From contig CBDDPY010000002.1 in assembly GCA_965232515.1 (NCBI GenBank), forward strand, positions 6,880,001 through 6,944,000: a stretch of 64,000 nucleotides of DNA. The letters are read 5' to 3'. The notes beneath the pieces were generated by a model, which had not been told where the DNA came from, did not search any database, and was given only the letters and a program-made list of their open reading frames with translations. Below, one piece after another: positions 18,565 through 28,621 of this stretch; position 1 is the stretch's first letter, and each line of letters opens with the position of its first letter. The position numbers and the translations under genes were made by a program. Source of the stretch: Alphaproteobacteria bacterium (lineage in GTDB: Bacteria > Pseudomonadota > Alphaproteobacteria > GCA-2731375).

Positions 18565-18600
18565 TTCACCACAGAGGACACCGAGCACACATAGAAAAAG
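18565..18600 (+). repeat. Half-element with 9-nt periodic ACAGAG motif
   Basis: TTCACCACAGAGGACACCGAGCACACATAG. Confidence 0.5.
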
Positions 18601-18909
18601 CCGGTTGGCGCAAAGCGCCTAGACACTCGGGTACCACATGGGTACCGCGAGAGATCAAACTTAATCCATCGTCAGTGATGGATAGGCCCAGACGTGCCCC
18701 GCAGAACTGGTGAGTCAGTTTCAGAGTTCGACGGCCTGAGTTTACCCGATGCGGGCGTAACGTGCCGCATTGAATTAGCTAGTTCGTTGTGGAGGAACTC
18801 TCCCGGCATGTGACTTTTCAATCCGTCGAGCGCCCTCGCGTGGAACTCCATGGAGGAGAGCCACGACCGGGAGACGCTGATGGTGCCATGAGGGTTGGTG
18901 ATGTGTATC

Positions 18910-19027
18910 CATTGCGCTCGCGATGATCAAGGGCCGCCATCAGCTTGCGTAGCGACAGATCGCCGGTCGCCCCGAAGACGACGTGGTCGAAAGATCTTAC
19001 CGGGATGATGTTTGCGCCGACCGTCAT
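18910..19027 (-). pseudogene. zwf: Glucose-6-phosphate dehydrogenase N-terminal fragment
   Basis: IIPVRSFDHVVFGATGDLSLRKLMAAL matches the G6PD GATGDL..RKL.PAL motif; the rest of the gene is absent. Confidence 0.75.
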
Positions 19028-19123
19028 CCTCACTCTGGCCTAAGCACGCTGCCGTGGCCGGGCAATTGGGTTGGTCCTTGGGGCCGACGGCCCCTCCCAC
19101 TCTTCTAAGGGAAAACACAGGGT

Positions 19124-19777
19124 TTATGGAATTGCTTCGAGAAGGTTCTGGAGCTGATCGATGACGAGCTTCGCTCCCATGCGCTGAAGGCGGCCCGCTT
19201 GCTTGGCGTCACAATGCGCTCCGCCCACAAAACCTATCGGATGCATGCCCGCTGCAACTGCGGCCCTAACGCCGGCCGTGCTGTCTTCGACTACGATGCA
19301 GCGGTCCGGAGCAACCTTCATCCTGGTCGCGGCGTGAAGGAACAGATCCGGTGCCGGCTTGCCGTGCGTGACCTCGCTGGAACTAAAGATATTCGGGGTA
19401 AAGAGATCGTAGAGACCCGTGAGAGTCAGGGTAAACTGCAATTTTTCATGAGTGCTGCTTGACGCGATGCAGAAAGGAACATCGAGCTGCTGTATGATCG
19501 CCTGGACGCCCGGTATCGGCCGCAGTTCTTCTGGCATCAGGTCGGCGATGCGTTGGGCGACACGCGCCTCGTAGTCGGAAGGCAGCGACCGGCCGGCGTC
19601 GCGTTCGATCGTTGCTCGCATATCCTTTTGCGAAACGCCGGCGAACTTCTGTATGACGTCTTTCGTGGACATAGGGATGCCAAGTGCGGAGAGTTCCTCG
19701 GCATCGACGCGGCAGGCGATGATTTCGCTGTCGATCAACACGCCGTCGCAATCGAAGATGATGAGTTCCGGTGTCAT
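19124..19777 (-). CDS. HAD-superfamily phosphatase (subfamily IA)
   Basis: FDCDGVLIDSE motif I, KPAPDLF, VEDS. Confidence 0.93.
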   Translation of the reverse strand: MTPELIIFDCDGVLIDSEIIACRVDAEELSALGIPMSTKDVIQKFAGVSQKDMRATIERDAGRSLPSDYEARVAQRIADLMPEELRPIPGVQAIIQQLDVPFCIASSSTHEKLQFTLTLTGLYDLFTPNIFSSSEVTHGKPAPDLFLHAATRMKVAPDRCIVVEDSTAGVRAAVAAGMHPIGFVGGAHCDAKQAGRLQRMGAKLVIDQLQNLLEAIP

Positions 19778-19797
19778 GACTGCCCCGCCCTGGTGGA

Positions 19798-20652
19798 TCA
19801 CATCCATCGCTGGGCTCCGGCAGACCTCACAAGTTCGAAGGACCCGCGACCGTCGACGGTGGGATACTCTCGCGCGATGAGTTCGTTCGGTCCGGCGGGA
19901 TCGACGGAGTGTACACAGATCTCCTTCTCGCCAATGAGCAGGATGTCGTAGGCCGGCCCCTGGTCGACATAGTCCGCCTGCTCGGCTGCCGGTTCCGACA
20001 GAATCTTGTGGCAAGTCCCGCGCGAGGCGCTATAGCTCACGCCACGCCAGACCCCGCTCGTGTTGACGTGGACATGGCCGAACACAATGTGGGCAACGTT
20101 TGGATGGCGCACCAGCCGCTCCATGACCTCCGCACCGTTTTCCAACAACATCTCGTCGAACCAGCGGAGGCCGACGGAAAGCGGTGGATGGTGCATGAAG
20201 ACAATCACTTGGCGTCCTGCCGAGGCCGCCAACTGTTCATCGAACCAGGACAGGCGCCGTTCGCAAAGAAAGCCCGAACCGGGACGGCTTTCATCAAGCG
20301 TGTCCAAGAGGATGCAGAACGTTTCCTCGACTTGAACAGTGCCTTGAACAAACCCGCCATCGTCGGTCGCCACATCCGGGAAGACCTCCAGGAAAGCAGC
20401 ACGCGCATCGTGGTTTCCGAGGAGTAAGCGGTAAGGGACTTGAAGGTCCGTCAAGCAGTTCCTCAACACCCTGTAGGCCCGCTCTTCGCCATGGTCCGTC
20501 AGATCGCCGGTTAAGACGCAGACCGCCGCATCGCCATGGTTTTCGTTGATTGAACGCACCACGGCCTGCAACCGCTTGGCTGGGTCAAGGCCGAGAATGC
20601 TCTCGCCGGGTGGGCAGAGATGGGGGTCTGTGATCTGAATAATCTTCTGCAT
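19798..20652 (-). CDS. Metallophosphoesterase / phosphodiesterase (CpdA/GpdQ-like)
   Basis: DPH, GDLTD, GNHD, HHPP and GHVH calcineurin-like motifs. Confidence 0.93.
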   Translation of the reverse strand: MQKIIQITDPHLCPPGESILGLDPAKRLQAVVRSINENHGDAAVCVLTGDLTDHGEERAYRVLRNCLTDLQVPYRLLLGNHDARAAFLEVFPDVATDDGGFVQGTVQVEETFCILLDTLDESRPGSGFLCERRLSWFDEQLAASAGRQVIVFMHHPPLSVGLRWFDEMLLENGAEVMERLVRHPNVAHIVFGHVHVNTSGVWRGVSYSASRGTCHKILSEPAAEQADYVDQGPAYDILLIGEKEICVHSVDPAGPNELIAREYPTVDGRGSFELVRSAGAQRWM

Positions 20653-20713
20653 CTTCGTTGATCTGATGTCAGTTAACGCGGGGGCGCGAAGCTTCTCAGA
20701 GAATCTGGCGTTT

Positions 20714-20745
20714 GGCCGGGCGCCGCACTACCGCCGCGCCCGGCC
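20714..20745. terminator. GC-rich hairpin downstream of the SBP gene (mRNA stabiliser or partial terminator)
   Basis: GGCCGGGCGC...GCGCCCGGCC 10-bp stem, no clear U-tract. Confidence 0.45.
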
Positions 20746-20763
20746 TGACCATTGATGCCGGAG

Positions 20764-22047
20764 CTACTCGCGCAAGAGCGCTTCCGTCGTGCTCACCAAT
20801 TTATTGAGACCTGCTTCGGGTGTTGTGTCACCACGGATGATTGACGCCAGGATCGCCTGTTGCTCACGCCAGATCTTGGCGCCCTTGTTTCCGGGATAGC
20901 CGAACCAGGCCTTGGCGACGGGCCACTGCTTCATGCTGGTGGTCCAGTCCGGATTGTCGACATAGTGACTGCCCAGGTAGTCCGGTCCCGCCGTCTGCAG
21001 ATTGGTTGGCATATAGCCGGAGCCCAGCACGGCAATCTTCTGGCCTTCCGGGCCGGTGGCGAATTTCACGAACTCCCAGGCGGCCTTCTTCTTGGCGTCG
21101 TCCTTGGAAAGGATGACCGCCACATTGCCGCCTGTCGGTACACCGCCTTTTGCCTGATCCGCGATGGGGTAGCCGCCGGTTTTCCAGGCAAACTTGCCAC
21201 CGACCAATTCGCCCATAACCCGCACCTCTGCGGTCGAACCGATGAAGATTCCCAGCTTGCCGGCAGCGAACTGCTGAACCGTCTGGTCTTCCGTCAACAG
21301 CGGCATACCGGTCTCCCGGGCAATGCGTGAGATCAGTTTCACCGCTCGCATGCCAGCGTCATCACCGAAGGTCACGGCGGTCTTTTCAGCGTCCATCAGC
21401 TTGCCGCCGAAGTTGAAGACAAGGGCCTGCCACAGCCAGTCGTCGCCCCATTCCGAGACGGAATAGGCGAGCCCGTCGACGCCGTCACTGAGCTGCGAAA
21501 CCTTGGCGCCCAGGGCAATCAGTTCATCCCAGTTCTCGGGTAAGCTGTTCGGGTCACCGCCAGCCTGCTCGATTAAACTCAGGTTGTAGTAAACGATCGG
21601 CGTTGATGCGTTGAAGGGAATTCCCCACTGGTGACCATCAACTTGTCCAAGCGCCAAGACGTTCGGCGCGTAGTTGGCCTTCACCCAGGCATCTCCTTCC
21701 GCCTTCATTTTCGGTGTGAGGTCCGAGATCTGGCCGCGCTGCTCAAGCGCATTGACCAGTTCTCCAAGGGTGTTGTAGGGCGAGTACCAGACATCCGGCA
21801 GGTCGTCGGAAAGAGCCTGTCTGAGGATGGCTTGATGCCCATCCGTATAGCTCTTCATCGGCGCCCGGTACTTGATTTCAATACCGGGATGCTGCTTCAT
21901 GAAGGCGTCCGCGATCGGTTCGTGGAAGCGCTTGTGCCCGCCCCAGGCGTGCACGACTTCAAGGGTTACGGTCTCGGCCAGCGCCGGGCCCGTGGTCGCC
22001 AGGGCCGCGAGAGCCGCCCCCGCTGCGAGGTTCAGAAGCTTTGCCAT
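20764..22047 (-). CDS. CUT1 ABC substrate-binding protein (UgpB-like)
   Basis: Signal peptide, PFNASTPIVYYN, AAWEFVKFATG, GYMP. Confidence 0.92.
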   Translation of the reverse strand: MAKLLNLAAGAALAALATTGPALAETVTLEVVHAWGGHKRFHEPIADAFMKQHPGIEIKYRAPMKSYTDGHQAILRQALSDDLPDVWYSPYNTLGELVNALEQRGQISDLTPKMKAEGDAWVKANYAPNVLALGQVDGHQWGIPFNASTPIVYYNLSLIEQAGGDPNSLPENWDELIALGAKVSQLSDGVDGLAYSVSEWGDDWLWQALVFNFGGKLMDAEKTAVTFGDDAGMRAVKLISRIARETGMPLLTEDQTVQQFAAGKLGIFIGSTAEVRVMGELVGGKFAWKTGGYPIADQAKGGVPTGGNVAVILSKDDAKKKAAWEFVKFATGPEGQKIAVLGSGYMPTNLQTAGPDYLGSHYVDNPDWTTSMKQWPVAKAWFGYPGNKGAKIWREQQAILASIIRGDTTPEAGLNKLVSTTEALLRE

Positions 22048-22165
22048 TCTGTTCTCTCCATCACTTTGGCCGGTGAGGTGGGGACAGTTCCCCGGTTCCT
22101 GGCGATCGACCCGTTTGCCGCGGGCCGGAGGGATGCCAGAAATCTTGATTGCCTTGAGGCAGACA

Positions 22166-23047
22166 TCACTTGAACCCGCTCATGGTGATGCCGCGAACGA
22201 ACTGACGCTGTGCCAGGACGAAAAGGATCAGGAGCGGTAATGTGATGATCGTCGCGCCGGCGGCCAGACCGCCGAAATCGGCACTGAGCTCGCTGTCCTT
22301 GAACAGCAGCATGCCGAGCGGCGGGGTCGCGCGCTCCATCGAGTTGACAGCGATCAAGGGCCAGTAGAGATCGTTCCAATGGGCCGTGACTGAAAAGACA
22401 CTGAAGGCGGCAATCGCCGGACGCGCACTGGGCAGGATCAGTCTTAGGACGATCTCCACTTCTGTCATGCCGTCCAGGCGAGCCGCCTGCAGCACCTCGT
22501 TGGGGTAGCCTTTGAAGAACTGCCGGAACAGAAAGATGGCGAAGACGGAGAGGAAGAAGGGCACCATCAGCGCGAAGTAGGTATCGAGCAGGCGGAGTTC
22601 TGCCAGAACCAGGTAGAGCGGCAGCGCCGGGACCTGGATCGGCACGCAGAGGCCGAGCACGATGAGCGCGAAGAGCAGGCCTCTTCCCCGGAACTCCAGC
22701 TTGGCGAGGGCATAGCCCGCAAAAAGAGCGCCTGCGACCTGAACAATCAAGATGCCGGAGACGACGATGACGCCGTTCAGCATGAAGCGGAGCATCGGCA
22801 CGCTGAACAGCGCCTTCCCATAGTTCTCGGCAATGGCGAGACGGTCGGGGATCAGGTCGAGTGGCTCGCCAAAGATCTGGTCCGCGGGTTTGATGGAGGT
22901 GGCGAGCATCCAGACGAAGGGAGCGACCACCAGAAGGGCAAGAACGATCAGCAGGCCGTGTTCGGCCAGCAGAGCGCTGATTGCGAAGGCGCCGCGCCTC
23001 TTTTGACCGGCGGCGGGGCTGCTGTCCCGGAATTGTGCCATTGCCAT
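22166..23047 (-). CDS. CUT1 ABC permease (UgpE/MalG-like)
   Basis: EAA loop QAARLDG, HWNDLYWPL, QRQFVRGI. Confidence 0.93.
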   Translation of the reverse strand: MAMAQFRDSSPAAGQKRRGAFAISALLAEHGLLIVLALLVVAPFVWMLATSIKPADQIFGEPLDLIPDRLAIAENYGKALFSVPMLRFMLNGVIVVSGILIVQVAGALFAGYALAKLEFRGRGLLFALIVLGLCVPIQVPALPLYLVLAELRLLDTYFALMVPFFLSVFAIFLFRQFFKGYPNEVLQAARLDGMTEVEIVLRLILPSARPAIAAFSVFSVTAHWNDLYWPLIAVNSMERATPPLGMLLFKDSELSADFGGLAAGATIITLPLLILFVLAQRQFVRGITMSGFK

Positions 23048-23050
23048 GGG

Positions 23051-24001
23051 TCAGCCCCCGTAGTGGATCCGGCGATCGGCGATGGCGATCTGGATCAGGG
23101 AAAATGCGAGGACGAAAACCAGGAAGATCGTAATCAGGGCAGAGGCATATCCGATCTCGAAGTACTGGAAGCCTTCGAGGTAGACCGCGTAAAGCAGGAC
23201 CTCCGTCGACTTCATCGGCCCACCTTGGGTGAGGACGGCCACGGTGTCGAAGACCTGGAAGGCGGTGATGGAGGTCGTGATCACCACAAAGAGAGTCGTC
23301 GGGGCCAACAACGGTAAGGTGATGCGCCAGAAGCGGTCGAAGCCGGAATCGGCGCCATCCAGAGACGCAGCCTCATAGATCTCCTGCGGGATCGCCGTCA
23401 GTCCCGCCAGAAACAGCACCATCGCAAAGCCGACCAACTGCCAGACACCGATCGCCGCTATGGAATAGAGCGCGATTTCCGGGTCGGTCAGGAAGTCGAT
23501 GCGATCGATGCCCAGTCCCGACAAGATTGCATTGATCGGCCCGATACGCCCGTGCAGCAGGTACTGCCAGACCACCGCCATCGCCACCATGGTGCTGGTG
23601 ACCGGTAGAAAAAACACGATCTCATAGAAGCGCCGGCTCCGGCCCCTGCGGTGCACAAGCATGGCGATGGACAAACCGAGACCGACTGATACCGGCATGA
23701 CAATGCCGACATAGATCAGCGTATTGACCAGGGCGCGCCGAGCGCCACCATCGCCGAAGATCTTGGCGTAGTTATCGAGGCCGACGAAGGAAAGCCCCGT
23801 CGCGGCGAGAGTGTAGTCTGTCAGACTGAAGACGATAACGGCTGCCAGAGGTGCCAAGATCAGACAGATCAAAAGACAACAGGTCGGTGCCACGAAGGCA
23901 TAGCCAGCCAGTCGCAAGCTGCGTGCATGACGCCCGTTCCGAACCGATCGGATGGCCGCCATCGGCTTCACGCTCATGCCTTGGCCTATGACCCCCATCA
24001 C
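23051..24001 (-). CDS. CUT1 ABC permease (UgpA/MalF-like)
   Basis: EAASLDGA, ITLPLLAPT, TQGGP. Confidence 0.93.
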   Translation of the reverse strand: MMGVIGQGMSVKPMAAIRSVRNGRHARSLRLAGYAFVAPTCCLLICLILAPLAAVIVFSLTDYTLAATGLSFVGLDNYAKIFGDGGARRALVNTLIYVGIVMPVSVGLGLSIAMLVHRRGRSRRFYEIVFFLPVTSTMVAMAVVWQYLLHGRIGPINAILSGLGIDRIDFLTDPEIALYSIAAIGVWQLVGFAMVLFLAGLTAIPQEIYEAASLDGADSGFDRFWRITLPLLAPTTLFVVITTSITAFQVFDTVAVLTQGGPMKSTEVLLYAVYLEGFQYFEIGYASALITIFLVFVLAFSLIQIAIADRRIHYGG

Positions 24002-25194
24002 CTGCCTCCACCGATCGCCAGAGGAAGGGCCGTGGTCGTTGCTGGCTGGACACGCTCGCCTCTACTGTCGAAAAACCGCAGGCGTGCCGTTGGGAACACA
24101 ACAGTGAGCCCGGCCTCGTTGATTTGAGGCAACCGTTCGCGCAGGGATGCATCGCCGCGGACCAGAACGGTTTGCGGCGGAGTGGTCTCGAGCATCAGAT
24201 GCAGCACGAACTCCGCGCCGTGGTCCTCCAGCTTGATCAGCCGTGCGCCGAAACTGCAGCTGTTTGAGGGCGCCGAGTGTTCGAAAGCCAGGACCAGATC
24301 TTCCGGGCGGATGGCAACATTCACCAGAGCCCCGGCCGTCGACGGGAGCTGTACCGGCAAAGCTCTGCCAAACAGAGTTGGAGTGCCATCCGCCTGGAGC
24401 GACGCTTCGTAGACGTTGATGGGGTGAGTGCCGATGAAGCGGGCGACCCGCAGATCGACAGGCTGCGCATAGATCTCGGAGGGGGTGCCGACCTGGAGCA
24501 AGGCGCCGTCCATCATGACTGCGACCCGCTGGGACATGGTCATGGCTTCGACCTGGTCGTGGGTCACGTAGATGAAGGTGATGCCGAGTTTGTTGTGCAA
24601 ATCGGTGAGTTCGTTGCGCATCTGCGTGCGCAGGCGGGCATCCAGGTTCGACAGCGGCTCGTCCATCAGGAAGACCGACGGTTCCGCCACCAACGCGCGA
24701 CCGAGCGCGACCCGTTGGCGCTGACCGCCGGAAAGCTGACCTGGGCGGCGGGTAAGCAGATCCTCAAGCTCAAGAAGGGTCGCGGTATCACGCACCTTGC
24801 GCGCAATCTCCCGGTGTCCGGCCACGGAGCCCGGCATCAGACGCCCAAGACCTGGAAAGCGCTGGCCGAAAGACAGTCGGCGCATGATGAGCGGCATGGC
24901 GATGTTGTCGAACACGCTCATATGCGGGTAGAGCGCGTAGCTCTGGAACACCATGGAGAGACCGCGTTCCTTCGGACGCAACCCGTCGATCGCGCGTCCA
25001 TCAATCTCGATCGTCCCGGAAGACTGGGTCTCGAAGCCGGCGATGAGCCGCAGCAGCGTCGATTTCCCACAACCCGATGGTCCCAGCAATGTCAGGAACT
25101 CACCGGCTTCCACGTCGAGCTCCACCGCCTTCAGGACCGGAGTCGAACCGAAAGCCTTAACCACCTTCCTGAGTGATACCGCTGCTCCAGCCAT
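23998..25194 (-). CDS. CUT1 ABC ATPase (UgpC/MalK-like)
   Basis: Walker A GPSGCGKST, LSGGQRQR, MDEPLSNLD. Confidence 0.95.
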   Translation of the reverse strand: MAGAAVSLRKVVKAFGSTPVLKAVELDVEAGEFLTLLGPSGCGKSTLLRLIAGFETQSSGTIEIDGRAIDGLRPKERGLSMVFQSYALYPHMSVFDNIAMPLIMRRLSFGQRFPGLGRLMPGSVAGHREIARKVRDTATLLELEDLLTRRPGQLSGGQRQRVALGRALVAEPSVFLMDEPLSNLDARLRTQMRNELTDLHNKLGITFIYVTHDQVEAMTMSQRVAVMMDGALLQVGTPSEIYAQPVDLRVARFIGTHPINVYEASLQADGTPTLFGRALPVQLPSTAGALVNVAIRPEDLVLAFEHSAPSNSCSFGARLIKLEDHGAEFVLHLMLETTPPQTVLVRGDASLRERLPQINEAGLTVVFPTARLRFFDSRGERVQPATTTALPLAIGGGR

Positions 25195-25305
25195 AGGGTT
25201 GTCCGCTGCCTCCCTTTTGTATCATTGTTAGCGGAGAATGATTTCAGAAATATGTCATGCAGCGGAGATTTTCTCCAGAACTTTCTCTGCCAGCATATCG
25301 TGGCG

Positions 25306-26151
25306 CTAAGCGGAGGCGGTCGGGGCGATGCTGTGAGAGTTGATCGCCTGCGCGAGGATCTCGGCAACAAGTACGACGCGGGTCACAACGGTCGTGGCAC
25401 CGCCTGTTGAGGGGGGATTGCCATAAGCCATGCGAAGCATGTCGTCAGAAAACTTCGCCAGGGTGCTCCGGGGTCGGCAGCCGATGGCGATGGTGTGGGC
25501 TCCGCTAGAGCGGGCACAGCGGAGGAACTCTACAGTGTCCGGTGTGACGCCTGACTCGGAAATTGCGATGGCCGTGCAACCGACGGTCAACCCATTCGCG
25601 ACTTCGTGCGCCAGGTTCGGATCACGGAAACTCTGCGCATTGAGGCCCAGGCGCAGGAGCCGATAGGCAACGATTTCCCCGGCGATCCCGGAAACACCCG
25701 AACCGTAAATGTCGATGCGACGCGAGTCGACAAGGCGTGCGGCGATTCTGTCGACCAAGGTGAGGTCGATGAGGGCGGCGGTGTCCTCAAGCGATGCGCT
25801 TAGCCCGCCTACGAGTTCCCTGACCGCTGCCAGTCCGTCTGAGGCGCTAGGGTCCGCCGTCGGGCGTCGCGCCAACTCTGCGGCCAGAGCTAATTTGAAT
25901 TCGCTGAAACCTTTGAAGCCGAGTTCCTGGCATAGCCGGACAACGCTGGCCTGACCGCTCTTGGCGTATTGGGTCAGATCCACAAGGGACTGGTACACCA
26001 CTTTCTCAGGATTCTCGATGATGTACTTGGCGATCCTGGCAAGCGCGTCCGGCAGTTCATCCAGATGTGCCTGCAGTTCTGCGCGTATGTTCGGACCCGG
26101 AGTCCGATCGTTGCGGTCTGGTGGCCGATTGCTCCTAGTTGCCTGCGCCAC
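25306..26151 (-). CDS. RpiR/MurR family regulator (HTH + SIS)
   Basis: ASVVRLCQELGFKGFSEFK HTH, YGSGVSG and ISESG SIS motifs; GTG start after GAGGAG chosen. Confidence 0.9.
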   Translation of the reverse strand: MAQATRSNRPPDRNDRTPGPNIRAELQAHLDELPDALARIAKYIIENPEKVVYQSLVDLTQYAKSGQASVVRLCQELGFKGFSEFKLALAAELARRPTADPSASDGLAAVRELVGGLSASLEDTAALIDLTLVDRIAARLVDSRRIDIYGSGVSGIAGEIVAYRLLRLGLNAQSFRDPNLAHEVANGLTVGCTAIAISESGVTPDTVEFLRCARSSGAHTIAIGCRPRSTLAKFSDDMLRMAYGNPPSTGGATTVVTRVVLVAEILAQAINSHSIAPTASA

Positions 26152-26507
26152 TCCGATTCTCCTCAAATTTTCAGATACATGACAATGGCTAAGCCGGAAG
26201 GGTCTGGCTCGTCGCTGCCGACTATAGACCGCCGTCCCGGATTTGCAGTCCATGACCCGGCAAATCCACTGAGAATTTCTCCATAAGGAATGCCAAGGCT
26301 CATCCGCTGTTGCCTCATGGATGTGCCAGTCTGGCACCCTTGTGCGACTCTATCAGAGAATATCTTTACAACACGATAAAAATATGGAATTCTCCAGATG
26401 GCCATCGAACCAATTGTGTTCTGTGGCGGCGCCGGCGGCGCCGGATGTGTCAGTACCCAAAGTTGGAGCTGACAAGGTCAAGACCGACGAGGTTGGAACG
26501 AAGCGTC

Positions 26508-27479
26508 ATGCCTTTCGTTGTTGGCATCGATATCGGGGGCGGTAGCGCCAAGCTGGGGATCGTTGATGCTAGAGGTGTTGTCATGGTTCGCGGCGAGATG
26601 CCGACGCCGGCGGTGAATACCTCCGCTGAACTTGCCATGGCCTACGCTTCGGGAATCGATGGCATTCTGAAGAGATCCGATGCTGGCGCGCCAGCGGGTA
26701 TCGGTGTCGGCCTGCCGGGTCATTTGGATGCAGATGGCCTGACCTCCACCTATAGTAACGTTCCTCTGCTCGACAATTTTCCATTCGCAGAGTTCCTAAC
26801 GGACCGGTTCGGGTTACCGGTTCGCCTTGACAACGACGCTACGCTGGCTGCGATGGCTGAGTATCGCTTCGGCGCAGGCCGAGGGGCGAAGCGGCTTTTG
26901 GTTGTTACGCTTGGAACAGGTATCGGCTTGGGTCTGGTTGCCGATGGCGAACCACAGCGTCTGGTTCGGGGCTGCATGGGAGACCCGGGCCATATCATCG
27001 TCGATCCCGACGCGCGCTGGACTTGCCGTCAGGGTTGTCGGGGCTGCCTCGAATCCGTGGCATCGAGTCTGGCGTTGGAGCGTGACGCCACCGCTTTGGC
27101 AGTATGGCGGCCGGATGGCCAGTTGGGCACGATTCTGGTGCGCGAAGGCTGTTTGCGAACAGCCCATATTATTGAAGCGGCGCATAGCGGGGTCGCCGAT
27201 GCTCGCCATCTGCTCGAGAAACTTGGAGCTTGGCTGGGCATGGCTGCCGCCTCTTGGTGCGCGCTTTACGATCCGGATCTGATCCTTTTTGGGGGCGGCC
27301 TCAGTTCGGCCGGTCGCGCGCTTCTTTCAGCGACCCACAGAACCATGAAAAAAATGGGAATGCCGGAATACGTAAGCGGGCGAAAAATCGGACTGGCAAA
27401 GCTGAACAACGATGCCGGCCTTGTCGGCGCGGCCAGTCTCTTTGCCGATTGTTGGGAGAACGGAGTGAATGACCGGTAG
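26508..27479 (+). CDS. ROK family sugar kinase
   Basis: GIDIGG, DNDA, TLGTGIG, Cys-rich CRQGCRGCLES. Confidence 0.92.
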   Translation: MPFVVGIDIGGGSAKLGIVDARGVVMVRGEMPTPAVNTSAELAMAYASGIDGILKRSDAGAPAGIGVGLPGHLDADGLTSTYSNVPLLDNFPFAEFLTDRFGLPVRLDNDATLAAMAEYRFGAGRGAKRLLVVTLGTGIGLGLVADGEPQRLVRGCMGDPGHIIVDPDARWTCRQGCRGCLESVASSLALERDATALAVWRPDGQLGTILVREGCLRTAHIIEAAHSGVADARHLLEKLGAWLGMAAASWCALYDPDLILFGGGLSSAGRALLSATHRTMKKMGMPEYVSGRKIGLAKLNNDAGLVGAASLFADCWENGVNDR

Positions 27480-28527
27480 TTACCTTGATGAGATTTACGA
27501 GCAGCCAGAGGCGCTGCGTCGATGCAGCGATGAGTTCCGAGAAGGGCAAGGGGATGCGCTGATGCGGATTCGGCAGGGGGTCGAATCTCGAGAGTTCGAC
27601 AGGATTGTTCTGACAGGCATGGGGGCTTCGCTGCATAGCTGCTACCCGCTTTATCTGAAATTGAGCAGGACCTGCTCGATACCTGTCGTCCAGTGGGACG
27701 CCTCGGAGCTCGCACACTTCGCGCCGCAGATATTGAGCGAACGGACGCTCACTATCGCTGTCTCACAGTCAGGAGAGAGCGCGGAACTTCGTCGCATCAC
27801 CGAACGGACGGAACGCGGAGGTCTTGTCGTCTCGATCACGAACGAGGAGGACAACACTCTGGCCCGCTGGGCGGATGTTCCCCTTTTTACCCGCGCAGGT
27901 GCGGAAGCTTCTGTGTCGAACAAGACCTACACGGCAGGTCTGGCCGCCCTCCATTGCTTGGGCGCGGTCATTCTGGGAGAGGATCTCGAATCGGCAAGGG
28001 AGGAGGTCGATCAAACCGCTGCCCAACTCGCGGCGTCGCTGCAGACTCTGAACGGACATATGTTGCGCTTGGGGAATCACCTTGGTTCCGTCGATTTCTT
28101 GGCCTTTGTCGGCCGGGGGGCGAGCTTCGGCAGTGCGAAAGCCGGCAGCCTGATCACACAGGAAGCCAGTAAGCTGCCTTGCGCTGCGTTCTCCGGTGGC
28201 GGCTTTCGTCACGGCCCCTTGGAACTGGCTCGGCCAGGATTCGCAGCGGTGATCTTCGCCGGTCAGGATGAAACGAGCCGCCTGAATCGGCAGCTCGCCA
28301 AGGAGATCTGCCTGGCCGGTGGGCAGGTGGCATTTATTTCGCCTGACGCTGCAGACGGTGCCTCCGTTGAACGCTTGTCCTTCATCTCGATTCCAAAAGC
28401 TGCCTCCGCTTTGCTGCCGATTCTGGAAATCGTACCGGTACAGCTTCTGACCATTCCGTTGGCCCAGGCGAAAGGCTACGAGCCGGCAGTGTTCGAGCGG
28501 GCGAGCAAGGTTACAGCCGTCGAATAG
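27469..28527 (+). CDS. Double SIS-domain phosphosugar isomerase/deaminase (GlmS C-terminal/FrlB-like)
   Basis: EIYEQPEAL, SQSGES, FRHGP, KVTAVE C-terminus. Confidence 0.88.
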   Translation: MTGSYLDEIYEQPEALRRCSDEFREGQGDALMRIRQGVESREFDRIVLTGMGASLHSCYPLYLKLSRTCSIPVVQWDASELAHFAPQILSERTLTIAVSQSGESAELRRITERTERGGLVVSITNEEDNTLARWADVPLFTRAGAEASVSNKTYTAGLAALHCLGAVILGEDLESAREEVDQTAAQLAASLQTLNGHMLRLGNHLGSVDFLAFVGRGASFGSAKAGSLITQEASKLPCAAFSGGGFRHGPLELARPGFAAVIFAGQDETSRLNRQLAKEICLAGGQVAFISPDAADGASVERLSFISIPKAASALLPILEIVPVQLLTIPLAQAKGYEPAVFERASKVTAVE

Positions 28528-28621
28528 CAGATCCTCGCTCCAACGCCTGACTGGAATCATGGCGTGGCGGGCAACTCTCGTAATCAGACTCTGAGACAGT
28601 CAGGTAGAAGGAGAATCACAC

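Noticed and set aside
18685-18770. Possible IS terminal remnant (GACGTGCCCC...)
   Set aside because: No partner IR or transposase found; too weak to call.
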